From NCBI RefSeq assembly GCF_003918875.1, contig NW_025766976.1:868001-932000 (forward strand): DNA of 64,000 nucleotides, given 5' to 3'. The notes below the pieces were generated by a model. It made no database searches. It saw only the letters and a list, made by a program, of their open reading frames with translations, and was not told the DNA's origin. Made by a program: the position numbers and the translations under genes. This document shows positions 63,149 through 64,000 of the stretch, in pieces. How positions within the stretch are numbered: the first letter of the stretch is position 1; each line of letters begins with the position of its first letter. Source of the DNA: Haliotis rubra. Its lineage: Eukaryota.

Positions 63149-64000
63149 TGTTTGAAGCGTGTAATGTTTGTATTGCAGTATTGAATGTTTAATGGCGTGC
63201 TAAATAGTTTGCCGCGTGAAATTTTATATCAAGTTATATGTTGTTATGTGTTGAATTATATTCTGTTATAATTCATTGAATATTACACTGTATGTTGCTT
63301 TGTATAAAACGTTGTTTTATTGCTGCGGATTATTCTATGCTGTGTTGAATGTTGATAGATTCTGTCTGTATGGTTGTATAGCTTGTCGAATGTTGTTATT
63401 TTGGTTCCAATGTTGTTATGCTGAGTTGAATGTTGTTACCCTATGTTGATTCAACTTGATTGTTGCTATGGTAATTCACAGAAAAACTGCTAACTTCCTT
63501 CTGTCATGTCGCTTCGTATTGCCCACATATATGTGGATGAGTGGTTGAGTGAGTATGGTTTTACGCCGCTTTTAGCAATATTCCAGCAATATCACGGCGG
63601 GGGACACCAGAAATGGGCTTCACACATTGTTCCCATGTAGGGAATCGAACCCGGTCCTTCAGCGTGACGAGCGGGAGCTTTAACCACTGGGTTACCCCAT
63701 CGCCCTACGTGTAGATGAGGTTCGGTTTGATTGGCAACCCTAGGTTGATAATTAGATCCAGACTTACAACACTGTCCCAGTTTCAGACATTCTTCTCGAC
63801 GTGAGCACGCAGTGAATATGAATCTACTAATGACATTAAATTAACCACGTGTATAAGGGCATGCAGGCGTGTCACCAGATGCCGCAAGAAGCCAAATGTG
63901 TTTGACGTTACCCACCTTGGTGATACCCAAGATATGGAGGTGCCAAACAGTTTTGACGTACTGGGCCTCACCTGGCCCCGATTTCTCGAAACAAACTTAA

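Noticed and set aside
63787-64000. Possible exon after tttcAG near the window end
   Set aside because: All three frames from the acceptor hit early stops, and it cannot be linked to the 62466 micro-exon.

Overview
Eukaryotic (animal) genomic DNA, AT-rich and dense in repeats. The repeat content suggests a gastropod mollusc, probably abalone-like; this is an inference. There are two assembly gaps (3666-3959 and 25068-25210). Host genes reconstructed by hand from splice sites: (1) a complete 5-exon ATP6V1F (V-ATPase subunit F, minus strand, 22094-12820, 122 aa). (2) A divergently transcribed TMUB1/2-like gene (plus strand, CDS 26964-29375) with an apparent 1-nt frameshift in a G run. (3) Two tandem paralogous 3-exon genes (minus strand, 38202-33046 and 46599-42969) that the ORF track does not recover as genes. 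Each encodes a small secreted precursor: signal peptide, then a 6-Cys C-x-C-x2-C-x5/6-C-x8/10-C-x-C peptide, then a GKR (or GVR) site and a very basic His/Lys/Arg-rich tail. This is the most interesting feature and a candidate new bipartite host-defence or bioactive peptide family. (4) Exons of a single-pass membrane protein with juxtamembrane Cys and several Tyr motifs (55893-57088). The remainder is mobile DNA: a Ginger-type integrase transposon with nested insertions, Tc1/mariner copies, a Kolobok-like element, a HINE, L2/Nimb-like/Penelope fragments, several SINE families, many MITE or fold-back hairpins, and two minisatellite arrays.
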